From assembly GCA_963820375.1 (NCBI GenBank), contig CAWFZX010000016.1:309581-373580 (forward strand): a DNA stretch of 64,000 nt. Reading direction: 5' to 3'. Below the pieces are notes generated by a model that had not been told where the DNA came from, made no database searches, and saw nothing but the letters and a program-made list of their open reading frames with translations. Each line of letters begins with the position of its first letter. Position 1 is the first letter of the stretch. Source of the stretch: an uncultured Alphaproteobacteria bacterium (GTDB lineage Bacteria; Pseudomonadota; Alphaproteobacteria; Rhizobiales; Hyphomicrobiaceae). Shown here one piece after another: positions 18,472 to 29,258 of the stretch. A program made the translations under genes and the position numbers.

Positions 18472-20095
18472 TCAGCTGGCGATTCGCAGTTTGGCGATCT
18501 CGCGCGCGATCGCCTCGAAGGCCTGCACCAGGCCCGCACCGGTGCTTGCCAGATACGCTTCCGCCGCACTCGAAGCGCAGCTCGCCAGCAGCGCCCGCGT
18601 GTTGGCGTCCTGCTCGAGCCGAAAGGCGATGGTGTAGATGGTGATGCCGGCGGCCTTGGCGTTCTCGCAGGCGGCACGGGTCTTGCTGTTCATCTGGCTG
18701 ATGAGCGCCGCGGAGCTGGAGCCGGTCCCGAGCCTTCCGTTCGCGGCATAGCCGAAGGCATGGTAGATCGATTTGTTGTGGTTCGACATCGCCTGATGGT
18801 TGTTTTCACCATCGCTCATCAAGATCAAATACTTGGTATTTTCCCGGTCGCTGTAGGGTCGCCCGTGCGTGAACGGTTCCTCGGGCGACAGCACACGCCA
18901 GCCCCACATCAAGCCTTCGAGCATATTGGTGCTGCCTTTGGCGCGCATTTGTCCGATCGCGTCGTGCACGGCGCTTTTGCTTTCGGTCAGCGGCAGGATC
19001 GGCGCACTATCGCACAAGGCATTTGGCCCGCTCGCAGAGACGCTGACGGCGCCATCATATTTGCAGGTGCGCGCCTGGGCCTGCGCTGCGGGCAGCGCGG
19101 GCGCCGACCAGGAGGTGCACCTGCCGCGACGGTTGCTGCGCAGGCAGGTCTGCGGCGGCGCCGGGCAACCGCCACCGGTATCCGATAAATAGTTGTTGGC
19201 ATAGGCGTTGCCTTCGGCGTTGGCGTGGTCGGGTTCGTCCGGTGCGAACATGGGCACGAACAGGCTGGCGGGCACGCCGGCGGCAGGCAGGCTATCGCTG
19301 ACGTCATGCGGGCTTGGACGCACTTCGACGCAACCGCCCCACTGCACGCCCAGCTGCGTGAACAGCTGAAAGCGCGTGCGCTGCTCGGCGAAGTTCTCGT
19401 AGTGCGTCGGTGACAGGCCGGCGCTATCCAGCCAGCTCGCCGCCTGATGGGCGCTGCCGACGTTCACCGAGCCGGCAAAAGGCACGATGCCGACCCTGAC
19501 TTTGTCCGTACCCTCATAGCCGGCGTAAAGCACGCTGGTCAGGTTCTGGGCCGCGACCCGCAGGTCGGCGATGGGTTGGCCGGCCATCGAGCCTGAGTTG
19601 TCGAGCACCAGTGCGACCTCGACGCTGCCATTCCCTTTCCCGACGGTTGCGCTGGAGGCAAAGCCGATCGCCTTGATGCCGACGGCCTTGAGCAGGCTGG
19701 TCAGCATGTTGCCCTTGGCGGTGGCAAACCTCGCCCTTATCGGCAGCCAGCACCACGTCTGTCAGGACACCGACATCCCCGGGCTTAATGCTGTTTACTT
19801 TGAAATGGGATTCTGCATCGCGTCGGCCGGCGGCATCTTGGTCAGGAAGACCAAGCCTGTGCGAGGCGGCCAGGGCAGCGCCATCGAGGACATGCTGTGG
19901 CCGAACGACCTCGGTCTGCGTGCGCGCAAAATCGATTGCCACCGCCACGGCCAGCAAGATGGCGGACAACGTGATGATAAAAATAACCGCCACCGCCCCC
20001 CGATCATCGCGCACCACATCGACAAGTGTGAGCCGCGCGCGGCCGCCGCCGACCGCAAAAAGCCGCCCCCAGCGGCGCAGAACGCGCCCAATCAT
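18472..20095 (-). pseudogene. TadG-like pilus-assembly protein with vWA domain, split by a frameshift (or an assembly indel)
   Basis: N-terminal ORF 19514..20095 has the TadG-type start (RDDRGAVAVIFIITLSAILLAVAVAIDFA). ORF 18472..19707, in another frame, has a vWA/MIDAS domain (LVLDNSGSM). The frames join at about 19720-19735. Confidence 0.75.
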
Positions 20096-20598
20096 TGCCC
20101 AGTGTCCCCGCGAGAGCCTCGCGGCAAGGAGAATGCCGCAGCAGGTGCTGCCGCCGGCTCAAAGAGGCGAGGTTGGTTTAATTCAATTTGCAGATATCGA
20201 TGGTCCGCTGCCGAACCATAGGCGGCGACGGCCACAGGCGCGGGCCGGCGTTGCGAGCATCGGCCTCCCTCTGCCAGCAGCGGCGCTGAGCGATGGCTGG
20301 CGGGGACGGCTGCGTCTTGGCGCGCTCCTCGTGCGCGAGCGCTACACTTGGCGCGCGGGCCTCACCTCGCAGCCGTTGGCACCAGCAAGGCGCAATCGTT
20401 GTCTCGGCATGTCAATCCATGGCTCAACGTTACTAAGAGTTCATTTCACGTCCCAGCTCTAGCTTTGCTAGCCTTGCTGTGTCGCCACCGATAGGCCGGC
20501 CGAAAAATTGATCGATTCGCTGCGTTGTTGCTGGAGTGGTCATATCGATCGTGCTACGGGAGCGGCGCTTTTCGCGCGCGTTTGGCTGCGCAAATCAC

Positions 20599-22014
20599 AT
20601 GGCCACCATGCAGACCCGTCCTTCGCAGACCCGCGCCGAGACCGATAGCTTTGGCAGCATCGAGGTGCCGGTCGATCGCTACTGGGGTGCGCAGGCCCAG
20701 CGCAGCCTGGGGAATTTCAAGATCGGCTGGGAGAAGCAGCCCAAGGCGATCGTCCGCGCTCTGGGTATTGTCAAGCGCGCCGCTGCCGAAACCAATATGG
20801 CGCTCGGTCGGCTTGACGCAAAGCTCGGCAAGGCCATCGTCGCGGCGGCGCAGGAGGTTGTCGACGGCAAGCTCGACGAGCATTTTCCGCTGGTGATCTG
20901 GCAGACGGGTTCCGGCACCCAGTCGAACATGAATGCCAACGAAGTGATCGCCAACCGGGCGATCGAGATGCTGGGGGGAGTAAAGGGCTCCAAGCAGCCC
21001 GTGCATCCCAACGACCACGTCAACATGAGCCAGTCGTCGAACGACACCTATCCGACGGCCATGCACATCGCTTGTGCCGAAGAGACACAGCACCGACTAC
21101 TGCCGGCGCTGCGTCATCTGCAGGCGGCGCTCGACGCCAAAGCCAAGGCGTGGGCGCACATCATCAAGATTGGCCGCACGCATACGCAAGACGCCACGCC
21201 GCTGACGCTCGGCCAGGAGTTTTCGGGCTACGCCGTCCAGGTGGCAAACAGCATTCGCCGGATCGAATCGACCTTGCCCGACCTGATGCAGCTGGCACAG
21301 GGCGGCACGGCGGTGGGCACCGGCCTCAACGCACCCAGAGGTTTTGCCGAACAGGTGGCGGCGCGTATTGCCGACATCACCGGCTTGCCTTTCAGCACCG
21401 CGCCGAACAAATTCGAAGCGCTGGCCGCGCACGATGCCATGGTGATGAGCCATGGCGCCATCAACGCCACCGCCGCGGCGCTGTTCAAGATCGCCAACGA
21501 CATTCGTTTTCTCGGCAGCGGTCCGCGCTCCGGCCTGGGCGAACTGGCGCTGCCGGAAAACGAACCCGGCTCATCGATCATGCCGGGCAAGGTCAACCCG
21601 ACGCAGTGCGAAGCCCTGACCCAGGTCTGCATCCAGGTGTTCGGCAATCACGCGGCGATTACCTTTGCGGGCAGCCAAGGCCATTTCGAGCTCAACGTTT
21701 TCAATCCTGTCATGGCCTACAATTTCTTGCAGTCGGCGCAGTTAATGGCCGATGCGGCAGTGAGCTTCACCGACAATTGCGTTGCCGGGATCGAGCCGCG
21801 CGAAGATAACATCAAGGCTGCGCTCGAGCGCTCGCTGATGTTGGTAACGGCTCTGGCGCCCAAGATCGGTTATGACAATGCGGCCAAGATCGCCAAGGCG
21901 GCACACAGGAACGGGACGACGTTGAAGCAGGAGGCGGTCGGCGGGGGATATGTTTCGGCTGCGGAGTTCGACGCGATCGTCGACCCGAGCAAGATGATCG
22001 GACCGGAGGCGTGA
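20599..22014 (+). CDS. fumC: Class II fumarate hydratase
   Basis: Signature [16 protein letters not shown]. Start at ATG 20599 ([19 protein letters not shown]). Confidence 0.95.
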   Translation: MATMQTRPSQTRAETDSFGSIEVPVDRYWGAQAQRSLGNFKIGWEKQPKAIVRALGIVKRAAAETNMALGRLDAKLGKAIVAAAQEVVDGKLDEHFPLVIWQTGSGTQSNMNANEVIANRAIEMLGGVKGSKQPVHPNDHVNMSQSSNDTYPTAMHIACAEETQHRLLPALRHLQAALDAKAKAWAHIIKIGRTHTQDATPLTLGQEFSGYAVQVANSIRRIESTLPDLMQLAQGGTAVGTGLNAPRGFAEQVAARIADITGLPFSTAPNKFEALAAHDAMVMSHGAINATAAALFKIANDIRFLGSGPRSGLGELALPENEPGSSIMPGKVNPTQCEALTQVCIQVFGNHAAITFAGSQGHFELNVFNPVMAYNFLQSAQLMADAAVSFTDNCVAGIEPREDNIKAALERSLMLVTALAPKIGYDNAAKIAKAAHRNGTTLKQEAVGGGYVSAAEFDAIVDPSKMIGPEA

Positions 22015-22211
22015 TGGGCACCGTCGTCAACTTGAACCGCTACCGCAAGGAGAAGCAGCGCGCGGCGCGAGAACGGCGAGCCAATGAGAAGCGCGTGCTT
22101 TTCGGCCTGCCCAAGGTGGAGCGAACCAAGAATGCCGCGCAGCGCACCTTGGACAAGCGACGCCTCGATGGCATACGACGTGAAGAAATGTCGCCCGAAC
22201 GTGAGGATTGA
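22014..22211 (+). CDS. DUF4169 family small basic protein
   Basis: [31 protein letters not shown]... The start overlaps the fumC stop (gTGATGg), with GGAGG just upstream. Confidence 0.6.
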   Translation: MGTVVNLNRYRKEKQRAARERRANEKRVLFGLPKVERTKNAAQRTLDKRRLDGIRREEMSPERED

Positions 22212-22289
22212 CCTGCCTGGGTAGTCCCGAGGGACCGCACACGGGCGCCACCTCCCACTTCGGGTGCCGCACGATTGTCGGGTGGCGCC

Positions 22290-22517
22290 ATGAGCCGGCC
22301 TGTGAAGCGCTCCTTCAAGATTGACGGCCACCCCACCTCGATTTCCCTGGAACAAGCCTTTTGGGACGCCCTGAAGGACGTGGCAGCGAGCGAACAGCAG
22401 CCGATCAGCCGTCTCATCAGCCGCATCGATGCGACGCGCGGCGGCAGCGGTCTTTCCAGCGCGGTGCGGGTCTGGCTGCTGGCACACTACCGTGCCCGCG
22501 GTTGCCGCGGCGGCTAG
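22290..22517 (+). CDS. Ribbon-helix-helix (RHH_4-like) domain protein
   Basis: MSRPVKRSFKIDGHPTSISLEQAFWDALKDVA...LSSAVRVWLL fits the RHH_4 pattern (KRS..i.GH.TS.SLE..FW). Confidence 0.6.
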   Translation: MSRPVKRSFKIDGHPTSISLEQAFWDALKDVAASEQQPISRLISRIDATRGGSGLSSAVRVWLLAHYRARGCRGG

Positions 22518-25500
22518 CCGGGCGTTGCCGGCCGGGCCGGCATCGGCAGGGGAGGCGGCGGCGGGGTCGTTTCCTGCCGCAAGCGCTCCGCCTCGCTGCG
22601 GCGGCGCGCTTCATCGAGCTGGCGCAAGTGCTCGAGCTGTTCGACATCGTGTTCCATTTTGCGCACCGCCAGCTCCCGCTCCAGGGCTTCGGTGTTGACG
22701 ATCGGCTCGACCTTATCGAGGCTCGCTACCGGGCCGCGGTAGCTGACCAGCACGGCCGGCAGTGCCGCCTTGTTGCCGAGCGCTGTGTCTCGGCCCGGCG
22801 CTTGTTCCAGACGCCATTCGGACTCGAACATAAATGTCAAAAGGTTGAGCGCCGCGCTCCCCGTGGCGCGTTCGTTGCCGCTGTCGACGACAATGGGTTT
22901 GGAATGCAACTGACCGTCGGCGATCTCCAGGGCAACCTCTTCGGGCAGCGCCAGCCGCCCGGCGACGAGCCCTTGGCGCAACGCCTCCTTGAGAACGCTG
23001 CGCAACCTCTCGGGATCACTTTTCAGAACCTGCTCCGTGGCGAGGCTGATGGCGCCCGGCCACAGGCCGGCAAGCTTGCCGTCCACTTGGGCCCGACCTT
23101 GCCCTTGCAGCGCGGACAGGAGATTGCGCGGATTGGCACCGCGGCCGGCAAAGGATAGTTCGGCCTTGATGCGGCCGCCCGTTCCAGCCTTCGCCCCGGA
23201 GGCAAGGCCCGCCAAGGCTTCGAGCCTGCCGTCGGCGAGAGTGAAACTGCCGTTGAGTTCGGCGCCGCCGCTGACGCTGTCGAGCCTGAAGGCGATGCGG
23301 CCGCGGCCACCCAGCGCTGCGCCTTCGATCGCATCGACCTTGATCTTGCCGCCGTTGAGGCCGACGTCGACCCTGGCGTCCTTGAGCCCGACGCCGTCGG
23401 TCAACGCCAAGCGCCCGACGGCAAGGACCACGTGGCCGTCGATGCCGGCCAGCGCGCCGAGGTCAAAGGGTTCGTCGGGCCAAGGACTTTGCCGGCCAGC
23501 CAGGGCGGCCTCTGCGGCACCGGTGATCGCTGCAAGACGCTGGTCGAGCAAGGGTGCGAGCATCGACCGCACGCTGATCTCGCCGAGATCGAGCCGGGCA
23601 TCGACCTGGCGGCGCTCTCCTGCTCGGCTGAGTGCAATCGCGCCGCGAACTTGCGTTCCGGCGACGTTGAGCAGCAAGCGCTCGAGCATCACGGCTTTGG
23701 CGTCGGCCGTGAGCTTGAGGCTGCCTTCGAGCGGGATACCGGTGAGGCGCAGCGGCGGTGCCAGGCCGGCCAACATGGCCAGCCGCTCCGCATCGGCGGC
23801 CTTGAGGCGAAGATCCCCGGCAATGCTGTTGGCCTGTTCGCCGACGGTCAGCAGGCCGTGAAAGTCGACGGCCAGATCGCCGGCAGCGAGCGTCAGCACC
23901 GAGGAAAGGCCTTCTGCCGGCACGCCTTTGGCCTTGATCAGCAGCTGCCCTGGCGCCGTCTTATCCGCGCCCAGCTCGGCGTTGTCGGACAACAACGCCG
24001 TGAGCTTGCGGGCATCCGGGGCATCGATGGTAGCCACGACCTCGGCCGCTCCCGAGCGCCAGCCAGCGGTCGCGCCGTCGAGCCGCCCGCTGAATTTGAG
24101 GTTCGTGCCATTGACCTCGCCAGCAAGCGTCAGGTCCCGCGAGCTGGCCGCGCGTGCGCCGAACGTCAACGCGCCGGCCAGTCGCAGCGGTGCTGCTGCT
24201 CGAACCAGACGATCGTCGGGACGCAGCCCCTCCGGCACGCCGAGCAGCAGCGCGAGGTCGCTCAGCTCTGCGGCCGTCGCGGCCGCGACGACACCCGACA
24301 GACTGCCCTTGGGGCGCGTCGCCACATTTTCCAATGCGCCCTTGAGATCGAGCAGAACGCCGCGCTCGCCGGCAAGCCGAAGCTGAGGCAATTCGAGGTT
24401 GCCCGACTTCATCCTCAGCTGCAGCGCGACATCGCGATAAATCTGCGTTGCGGTAATGAGGCGACCGGCTTCGAGGCTCAGTCGGAAGTCCGGCTGTTGA
24501 CTGTCGGTGCGCTTGGCTGCCGTGGCGGCAGCGCTCGAGGCATCCGACCAAGGCCCTTGGAGTAGCGCGTGCAAGGCGTCGGCGATATTGACTTGGGCGG
24601 GCGCAAAAGGCCGCACATCGATTTGCGGCGCTTCCAGTCGCAGCGACAGGTCCGGCCGGCCCTGCCAGCGCCAGTCTGCTTCCCCCGCCACCGGCGTTCC
24701 CAAGACGTCGCCGACGATATTGCGGGCAACCGCCCGGCCGGTGGCAACGGCGAGCTGGGCGTAGAGGCCAAAGGCGCCGTCGCCCTTGCCGTCGGTGGGC
24801 GTGGGCGGCCTGGCGGTCACCCAACCGACCGCCCGCAGCAAGCTGGCGCCGCGTACGTTGACGCTGCCGTTGAACTGGGGGGCGTCGGTCGGGCCCGTCA
24901 CCGTCCCTTGCAGTTCGGCGCGGCTGCCGCCGGGCATGCCGACCCGCAACTGCTCGATCTCGAGCCTATCCCTCTCGCGTGCGACGGCGAGGCGGACACC
25001 GCTGATCGCCTCGCCGCCGAGGTTGGCCTGGTCGACAGACAGGGCGAGGCGCGAGCGGCCGTGGGCCGGCAGGATGTCGCGCACCCGCAGCGTCAATGGA
25101 ATGATGCTTTCGCTCGGCCGCGTGCCTTCCCCGGCGCCGGCAAGCCGATCGAGGTCGAGCCAACGCGAGGCAAGGTCCACCTCAAGCTTGAGGCCGTCCT
25201 GCCAGCTTGCCTTGGCCTCGCCAACGACGAGTTGGGGTCGGCCGGCCTGTTCGAACGACAGCGCCAGGTCGCTGAGGCTACCGCCGGCAAAATCGGCTTT
25301 GAGCTGGGCCTTGAGATCGAGCGCCAGCGATTGAGAGCTGTCGTCCTCCTGCGCGCCGGTGGCCGGCTGACGCCGCGCCTGCGCCCGTGGCAGGCCCGCC
25401 AGCGGCAGCCGGGCGGTGAGCTCGCCGTCGAGCTTCGGTTCGGCCATCAGGTCCAACAGGCGGGCATCGATCAGGTAGCTGGCGCCGGTCTCCAACAGGC

Positions 25501-26152
25501 GAACGGACGCGCGGAAGCGGACCCCCGCTTCCGCGTCGGGCTTGGCCGTGGCTACTCGGATTTCGCGTTCCTCGCCGCCTTTACCGAGGCTGCCGCGAAA
25601 GCGATAGGGTCCATCGACGGCTGGAGCCGACAACTCCCCGTCGATGCCTTCGAGCCGCAGGCGCTCGGCCCCGCCTGGGCCGTGCACGGCCAACACCCCA
25701 TCGGTGATCTTCAGCGAGGTCAGGGCGATGTTGGCAGGAAGATAGGCGGCGTTGGCGAAGACCTGCCCGAAGCTTTGCCAGTTCCAGCTTCCCCGATCAT
25801 CGCGTGCCAGCCTTAGCACCGGTCGGCGGAATTCGATTTCATTGGCCTCGATGATGCCGCGGAACAGCGGCGCGATCGACAGCTTGAAGGCCAAACTTTC
25901 GACGCGGAAGAAGGGCTCGCGCAAATCGCTCGAGGCATCGGCAATCCGCACCCTCTCCAGGCGAAAGGACGGCGTCGGCAGCAAATGCAAGTTGATGGTG
26001 CCGCCGACACGAACGTCGCGAGCGAGAAACCGCGTCGCCTCGTCTTCGAACACGCCGCGATAGGAATTCCAATCGACGAAATAGGGGATCGCAAATAGCG
26101 AGCCGATGATGGTGATCAAGAACACCGCCAGGCCGACAAAAAAATTGCTCAT
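22514..26152 (-). CDS. AsmA family protein (about 1212 aa)
   Basis: N-terminal anchor plus AsmA block MSNFFVGLAVFLITIIGSLFAIPYFVDWNSYRGVFE...INLHLLPTPSFRLERVRI. Long repetitive beta-rich body and a Pro-rich C-terminus. Confidence 0.75.
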   Translation of the reverse strand: MSNFFVGLAVFLITIIGSLFAIPYFVDWNSYRGVFEDEATRFLARDVRVGGTINLHLLPTPSFRLERVRIADASSDLREPFFRVESLAFKLSIAPLFRGIIEANEIEFRRPVLRLARDDRGSWNWQSFGQVFANAAYLPANIALTSLKITDGVLAVHGPGGAERLRLEGIDGELSAPAVDGPYRFRGSLGKGGEEREIRVATAKPDAEAGVRFRASVRLLETGASYLIDARLLDLMAEPKLDGELTARLPLAGLPRAQARRQPATGAQEDDSSQSLALDLKAQLKADFAGGSLSDLALSFEQAGRPQLVVGEAKASWQDGLKLEVDLASRWLDLDRLAGAGEGTRPSESIIPLTLRVRDILPAHGRSRLALSVDQANLGGEAISGVRLAVARERDRLEIEQLRVGMPGGSRAELQGTVTGPTDAPQFNGSVNVRGASLLRAVGWVTARPPTPTDGKGDGAFGLYAQLAVATGRAVARNIVGDVLGTPVAGEADWRWQGRPDLSLRLEAPQIDVRPFAPAQVNIADALHALLQGPWSDASSAAATAAKRTDSQQPDFRLSLEAGRLITATQIYRDVALQLRMKSGNLELPQLRLAGERGVLLDLKGALENVATRPKGSLSGVVAAATAAELSDLALLLGVPEGLRPDDRLVRAAAPLRLAGALTFGARAASSRDLTLAGEVNGTNLKFSGRLDGATAGWRSGAAEVVATIDAPDARKLTALLSDNAELGADKTAPGQLLIKAKGVPAEGLSSVLTLAAGDLAVDFHGLLTVGEQANSIAGDLRLKAADAERLAMLAGLAPPLRLTGIPLEGSLKLTADAKAVMLERLLLNVAGTQVRGAIALSRAGERRQVDARLDLGEISVRSMLAPLLDQRLAAITGAAEAALAGRQSPWPDEPFDLGALAGIDGHVVLAVGRLALTDGVGLKDARVDVGLNGGKIKVDAIEGAALGGRGRIAFRLDSVSGGAELNGSFTLADGRLEALAGLASGAKAGTGGRIKAELSFAGRGANPRNLLSALQGQGRAQVDGKLAGLWPGAISLATEQVLKSDPERLRSVLKEALRQGLVAGRLALPEEVALEIADGQLHSKPIVVDSGNERATGSAALNLLTFMFESEWRLEQAPGRDTALGNKAALPAVLVSYRGPVASLDKVEPIVNTEALERELAVRKMEHDVEQLEHLRQLDEARRRSEAERLRQETTPPPPPLPMPARPATPG

Positions 26153-26436
26153 GGGCCACCCCTGGCCCTGGTCTCGTCGACATGCCGACGGGCCGCTCGG
26201 ACGACGTGCCACCGACGCCGTGCCAGCCTGCCGCCATTGCGCGTCTGTTCGCCGCTTCGCCTACGCATCGCCGACGGATTTGCCCGCTCGCATTTCACGC
26301 ATTTATTTTCTTGCAACTATACACGGGATGACCGCCAAATTGGACCGTGAATTTGGTGCCATGGCGACGGGGATCGCCTGGGGCGCAGGTTGACGGGCGG
26401 TTTGCTCGCGCCGGAGCAGTGCTATAGTCAACTTCT

Positions 26437-28809
26437 ATGCCTGCGAATCGCAAATTGACCACAAATTCTGCCGACGAGACGCCAGCGGCAAGCTCACAAA
26501 GCTCCGTCTCCGCTCGCGCTTTGGGCCGATTGAGCGCCCCGTATATGGCCGAGCTCAATCCCCAGCAGCGTGCCGCCGTCGAGGCCGTCGATGGGCCGGT
26601 GCTGGTCCTGGCTGGCGCCGGCACCGGCAAGACGCGCGTGCTGACAACGCGCATTGCCCACATCCTGTGCACGGGCCGGGCGCGGGGCTGGCAAATCCTC
26701 GCCGTGACCTTCACCAACAAGGCCGCCCACGAAATGAAGCACCGAATCGGCGGCTTGGTCGGTGGTGCGGTCGAGGGCATGCCGTGGCTCGGCACATTCC
26801 ATGCCATTGGCGTCAAGATCCTGCGCCGCCATGCCGAGCTGGTCGGGTTGAAATCGGGTTTCACGATCCTCGATACCGACGATCAGCTTCGGCTCATGAA
26901 GCAGGTGATCGAAAGCGCCGGGCTCGACAAGGATCGCTGGCCCGCGCGCCAGCTGGCCGGCCTGATCGACAGCTGGAAGAATCGTGGCCTGACGCCAGCC
27001 AAGGTTCCGCGCGGCGAGGCCTTTGCCTTTGCGGAGGGCAAAGGCGCCGAACTCTATGGCGCCTATCAGAAGCGGCTGAAGGAGCTGAATGCCGCCGATT
27101 TCGGCGATCTTCTCCTCGAGGTCCTGCGGCTGTTGCTTGATCATCCGGATCTGCTGGCGGACTACCAACGGCGCTTTCGCTACATTCTGGTCGATGAATA
27201 TCAGGATACCAATGTCGCGCAGTATCTTTGGCTGCGGCTGCTGGCCGGCGCGGGTGCTCCGAACATCTGCTGCGTTGGCGATGATGACCAGTCGATCTAC
27301 GGCTGGCGCGGCGCCGAGGTCGACAACATTCTGCGCTTCGAGCAGGACTTCCCGGGCGCCCAGGTCATTCGGCTGGAGCGCAACTATCGCTCCAAGGGCC
27401 ACATCCTGGCGGCCGCCGCGCATCTCATTGCCCACAACAAGGCCCGGCTCGGCAAGACGCTGTTTACCGATGACGACATGGGTTGTGCGGTCGGCCTGAC
27501 GGGGGTCTGGGACGACGAAGAAGAAGCACGCACCATCGGCGAGGAGATCGAGGCGCAGCGCCGGGCAGGCAGGCCGCTGGACGAGATTGCCATCCTGGTG
27601 CGCGCCTCGTTTCAGATGCGCGCCTTCGAAGATCGCTTCGTGACGCTCGGGCTTGCCTATCGGGTGATCGGGGGCCCGCGTTTCTACGAGCGCCAGGAAA
27701 TCAGGGATGCCATTGCCTACCTCGAGGTTACGCTCAATCCCGCCAACGATCTGAAATTCGAGCGCATTATCAATGTGCCCAAGCGCGGCCTCGGTGACAG
27801 TTCGGTGCGCCGGGTGGTGGAGTTGGCGCGCGCGCGCGCAACATCGCTCTATCAAGCCGCGCGCGAAATCGTCGAGACCGAGGAGTTGGCCGGCAAAACC
27901 CGCAAGTCGCTTGCCGACCTCGTCGGCATGTTCGAGCGCTGGCGCGGCCAGGTCGGCAGCATGAAGCACACCGAGCTGGCGGAGTTGATCCTGGACGAGT
28001 CGGGCTACACGCAGATGTGGCAGCAAGATCGCAGTCCGCAAGCTCACGCGCGGCTGGAGAACCTCAAAGAGCTCGTGCGCTTCATGCACGAGTTCGAAAC
28101 GCTGCAAGGTTTCCTCGAGCATGTCTCCCTGGTTATGGATGCCGACGGCGCAGAGGCCAAAGACCGGGTGTCCTTGATGACGCTGCACGCGGCAAAGGGG
28201 CTCGAGTTCGACGTCGTGTTCTTGCCGGGCTGGGAGGAGGGCCTCTTCCCGCACCAACGCAGCCTCGACGAGAACGGCAACGCCGGCCTCGAGGAGGAAC
28301 GGCGGCTGGCCTATGTCGGTCTGACCCGCGCCAAGCGGCAGGCCAAGATCAGCTTTGCGCAGAACCGGCGCAATCGCGGGCTTTGGCAGGCGGCGGCGCC
28401 CTCCCGCTTTGTCGATGAGCTGCCCGAGGCCCATGTCGAGGTGAGCCAGTCGAACAGCCCTTACGGTGGGGCTGTCGGCGGCGCCGGCCGTTTCAATCCG
28501 TATGGTCACAGCCGGTTCGATGAGCCGGCGGCCGGTTTCCAGAGCGGTTATGCCACACCGGGATGGCAGCGCGCCAAGGAGCAGTGGGCGCGCGAGGACC
28601 GCAGCAAGAAGCGCACGCCCCTCACGCTGGAAGGCGAGCTGGTCGCCGCGTCCACGGGGCATGCCGGCTATGCGCCGGGGGAGCGCATTTTCCACCAGAA
28701 GTTTGGCTATGGGCGCGTTGCCGAAGTCGACGGCAACAAGCTCACCATCGACTTCGAAAAGGCCGGGCGCAAGCGGGTGGTGGACAGTTTTGTCGAGCGC
28801 GCCCAGTAG
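26437..28809 (+). CDS. uvrD: UvrD/Rep-family ATP-dependent DNA helicase
   Basis: Motif I AGAGTGKT, motif II VDEYQDT, plus LTLHAAKGLEF and YVGLTRAK. Confidence 0.9.
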   Translation: MPANRKLTTNSADETPAASSQSSVSARALGRLSAPYMAELNPQQRAAVEAVDGPVLVLAGAGTGKTRVLTTRIAHILCTGRARGWQILAVTFTNKAAHEMKHRIGGLVGGAVEGMPWLGTFHAIGVKILRRHAELVGLKSGFTILDTDDQLRLMKQVIESAGLDKDRWPARQLAGLIDSWKNRGLTPAKVPRGEAFAFAEGKGAELYGAYQKRLKELNAADFGDLLLEVLRLLLDHPDLLADYQRRFRYILVDEYQDTNVAQYLWLRLLAGAGAPNICCVGDDDQSIYGWRGAEVDNILRFEQDFPGAQVIRLERNYRSKGHILAAAAHLIAHNKARLGKTLFTDDDMGCAVGLTGVWDDEEEARTIGEEIEAQRRAGRPLDEIAILVRASFQMRAFEDRFVTLGLAYRVIGGPRFYERQEIRDAIAYLEVTLNPANDLKFERIINVPKRGLGDSSVRRVVELARARATSLYQAAREIVETEELAGKTRKSLADLVGMFERWRGQVGSMKHTELAELILDESGYTQMWQQDRSPQAHARLENLKELVRFMHEFETLQGFLEHVSLVMDADGAEAKDRVSLMTLHAAKGLEFDVVFLPGWEEGLFPHQRSLDENGNAGLEEERRLAYVGLTRAKRQAKISFAQNRRNRGLWQAAAPSRFVDELPEAHVEVSQSNSPYGGAVGGAGRFNPYGHSRFDEPAAGFQSGYATPGWQRAKEQWAREDRSKKRTPLTLEGELVAASTGHAGYAPGERIFHQKFGYGRVAEVDGNKLTIDFEKAGRKRVVDSFVERAQ

Positions 28810-29258
28810 CGCGAGGCAGACGTCGGCCGTTCGCAAAAAAAAGCGCAGCGAACACGCGCGCGGGATCGTTGGCTGGCCATGCAACCGCCGGCGGGCCCGC
28901 AGCAGGGCACGCCCGTTCCCGGGCAGACCTGGCGCCGGGCGGGCCAACGGGGGGCGGTCGCGCCGGGTGCCGCCCCGCCCTGGTGGGATGGGGGCCAAAA
29001 TCGCACCCGATCTTTGCTGTGGAAAAGACGCTTCTGTTGCGGTCGCGCTGACGCCGGCAATCGTCGGCCTGCGGTGTGCGATTTGCGTCACAGCCTGGTC
29101 CCAAACACCCGCTACTCTCGACAATCGCCACCGGCCGGTTCTAGAACCAACACACTAATTCCGAAGTGCTATTTGCTTTTTCGAACGGGCCTCAGGGGCG
29201 TTTTTTGCGCTTTCGTGCTGGAGGCGAGGCAGTCTTTTAAGCCTGGCGGGGGAAAGAC

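Noticed and set aside
23432-25816. Plus-strand ORFs of 377 and 415 aa
   Set aside because: They are antisense to the AsmA-family gene, have no motifs, and are shadow frames.
26153-26436. Possible SOS (LexA) box upstream of uvrD
   Set aside because: No GTTC-N7-GTTC or GAAC-N7-GAAC direct repeat is present. The same search at the TGTTCTGTTCG motif near 10525 was also negative.
26494-29124. 876-aa minus-strand ORF
   Set aside because: It is antisense to uvrD, which has all the helicase motifs. Its composition is low-complexity with no recognisable domains.
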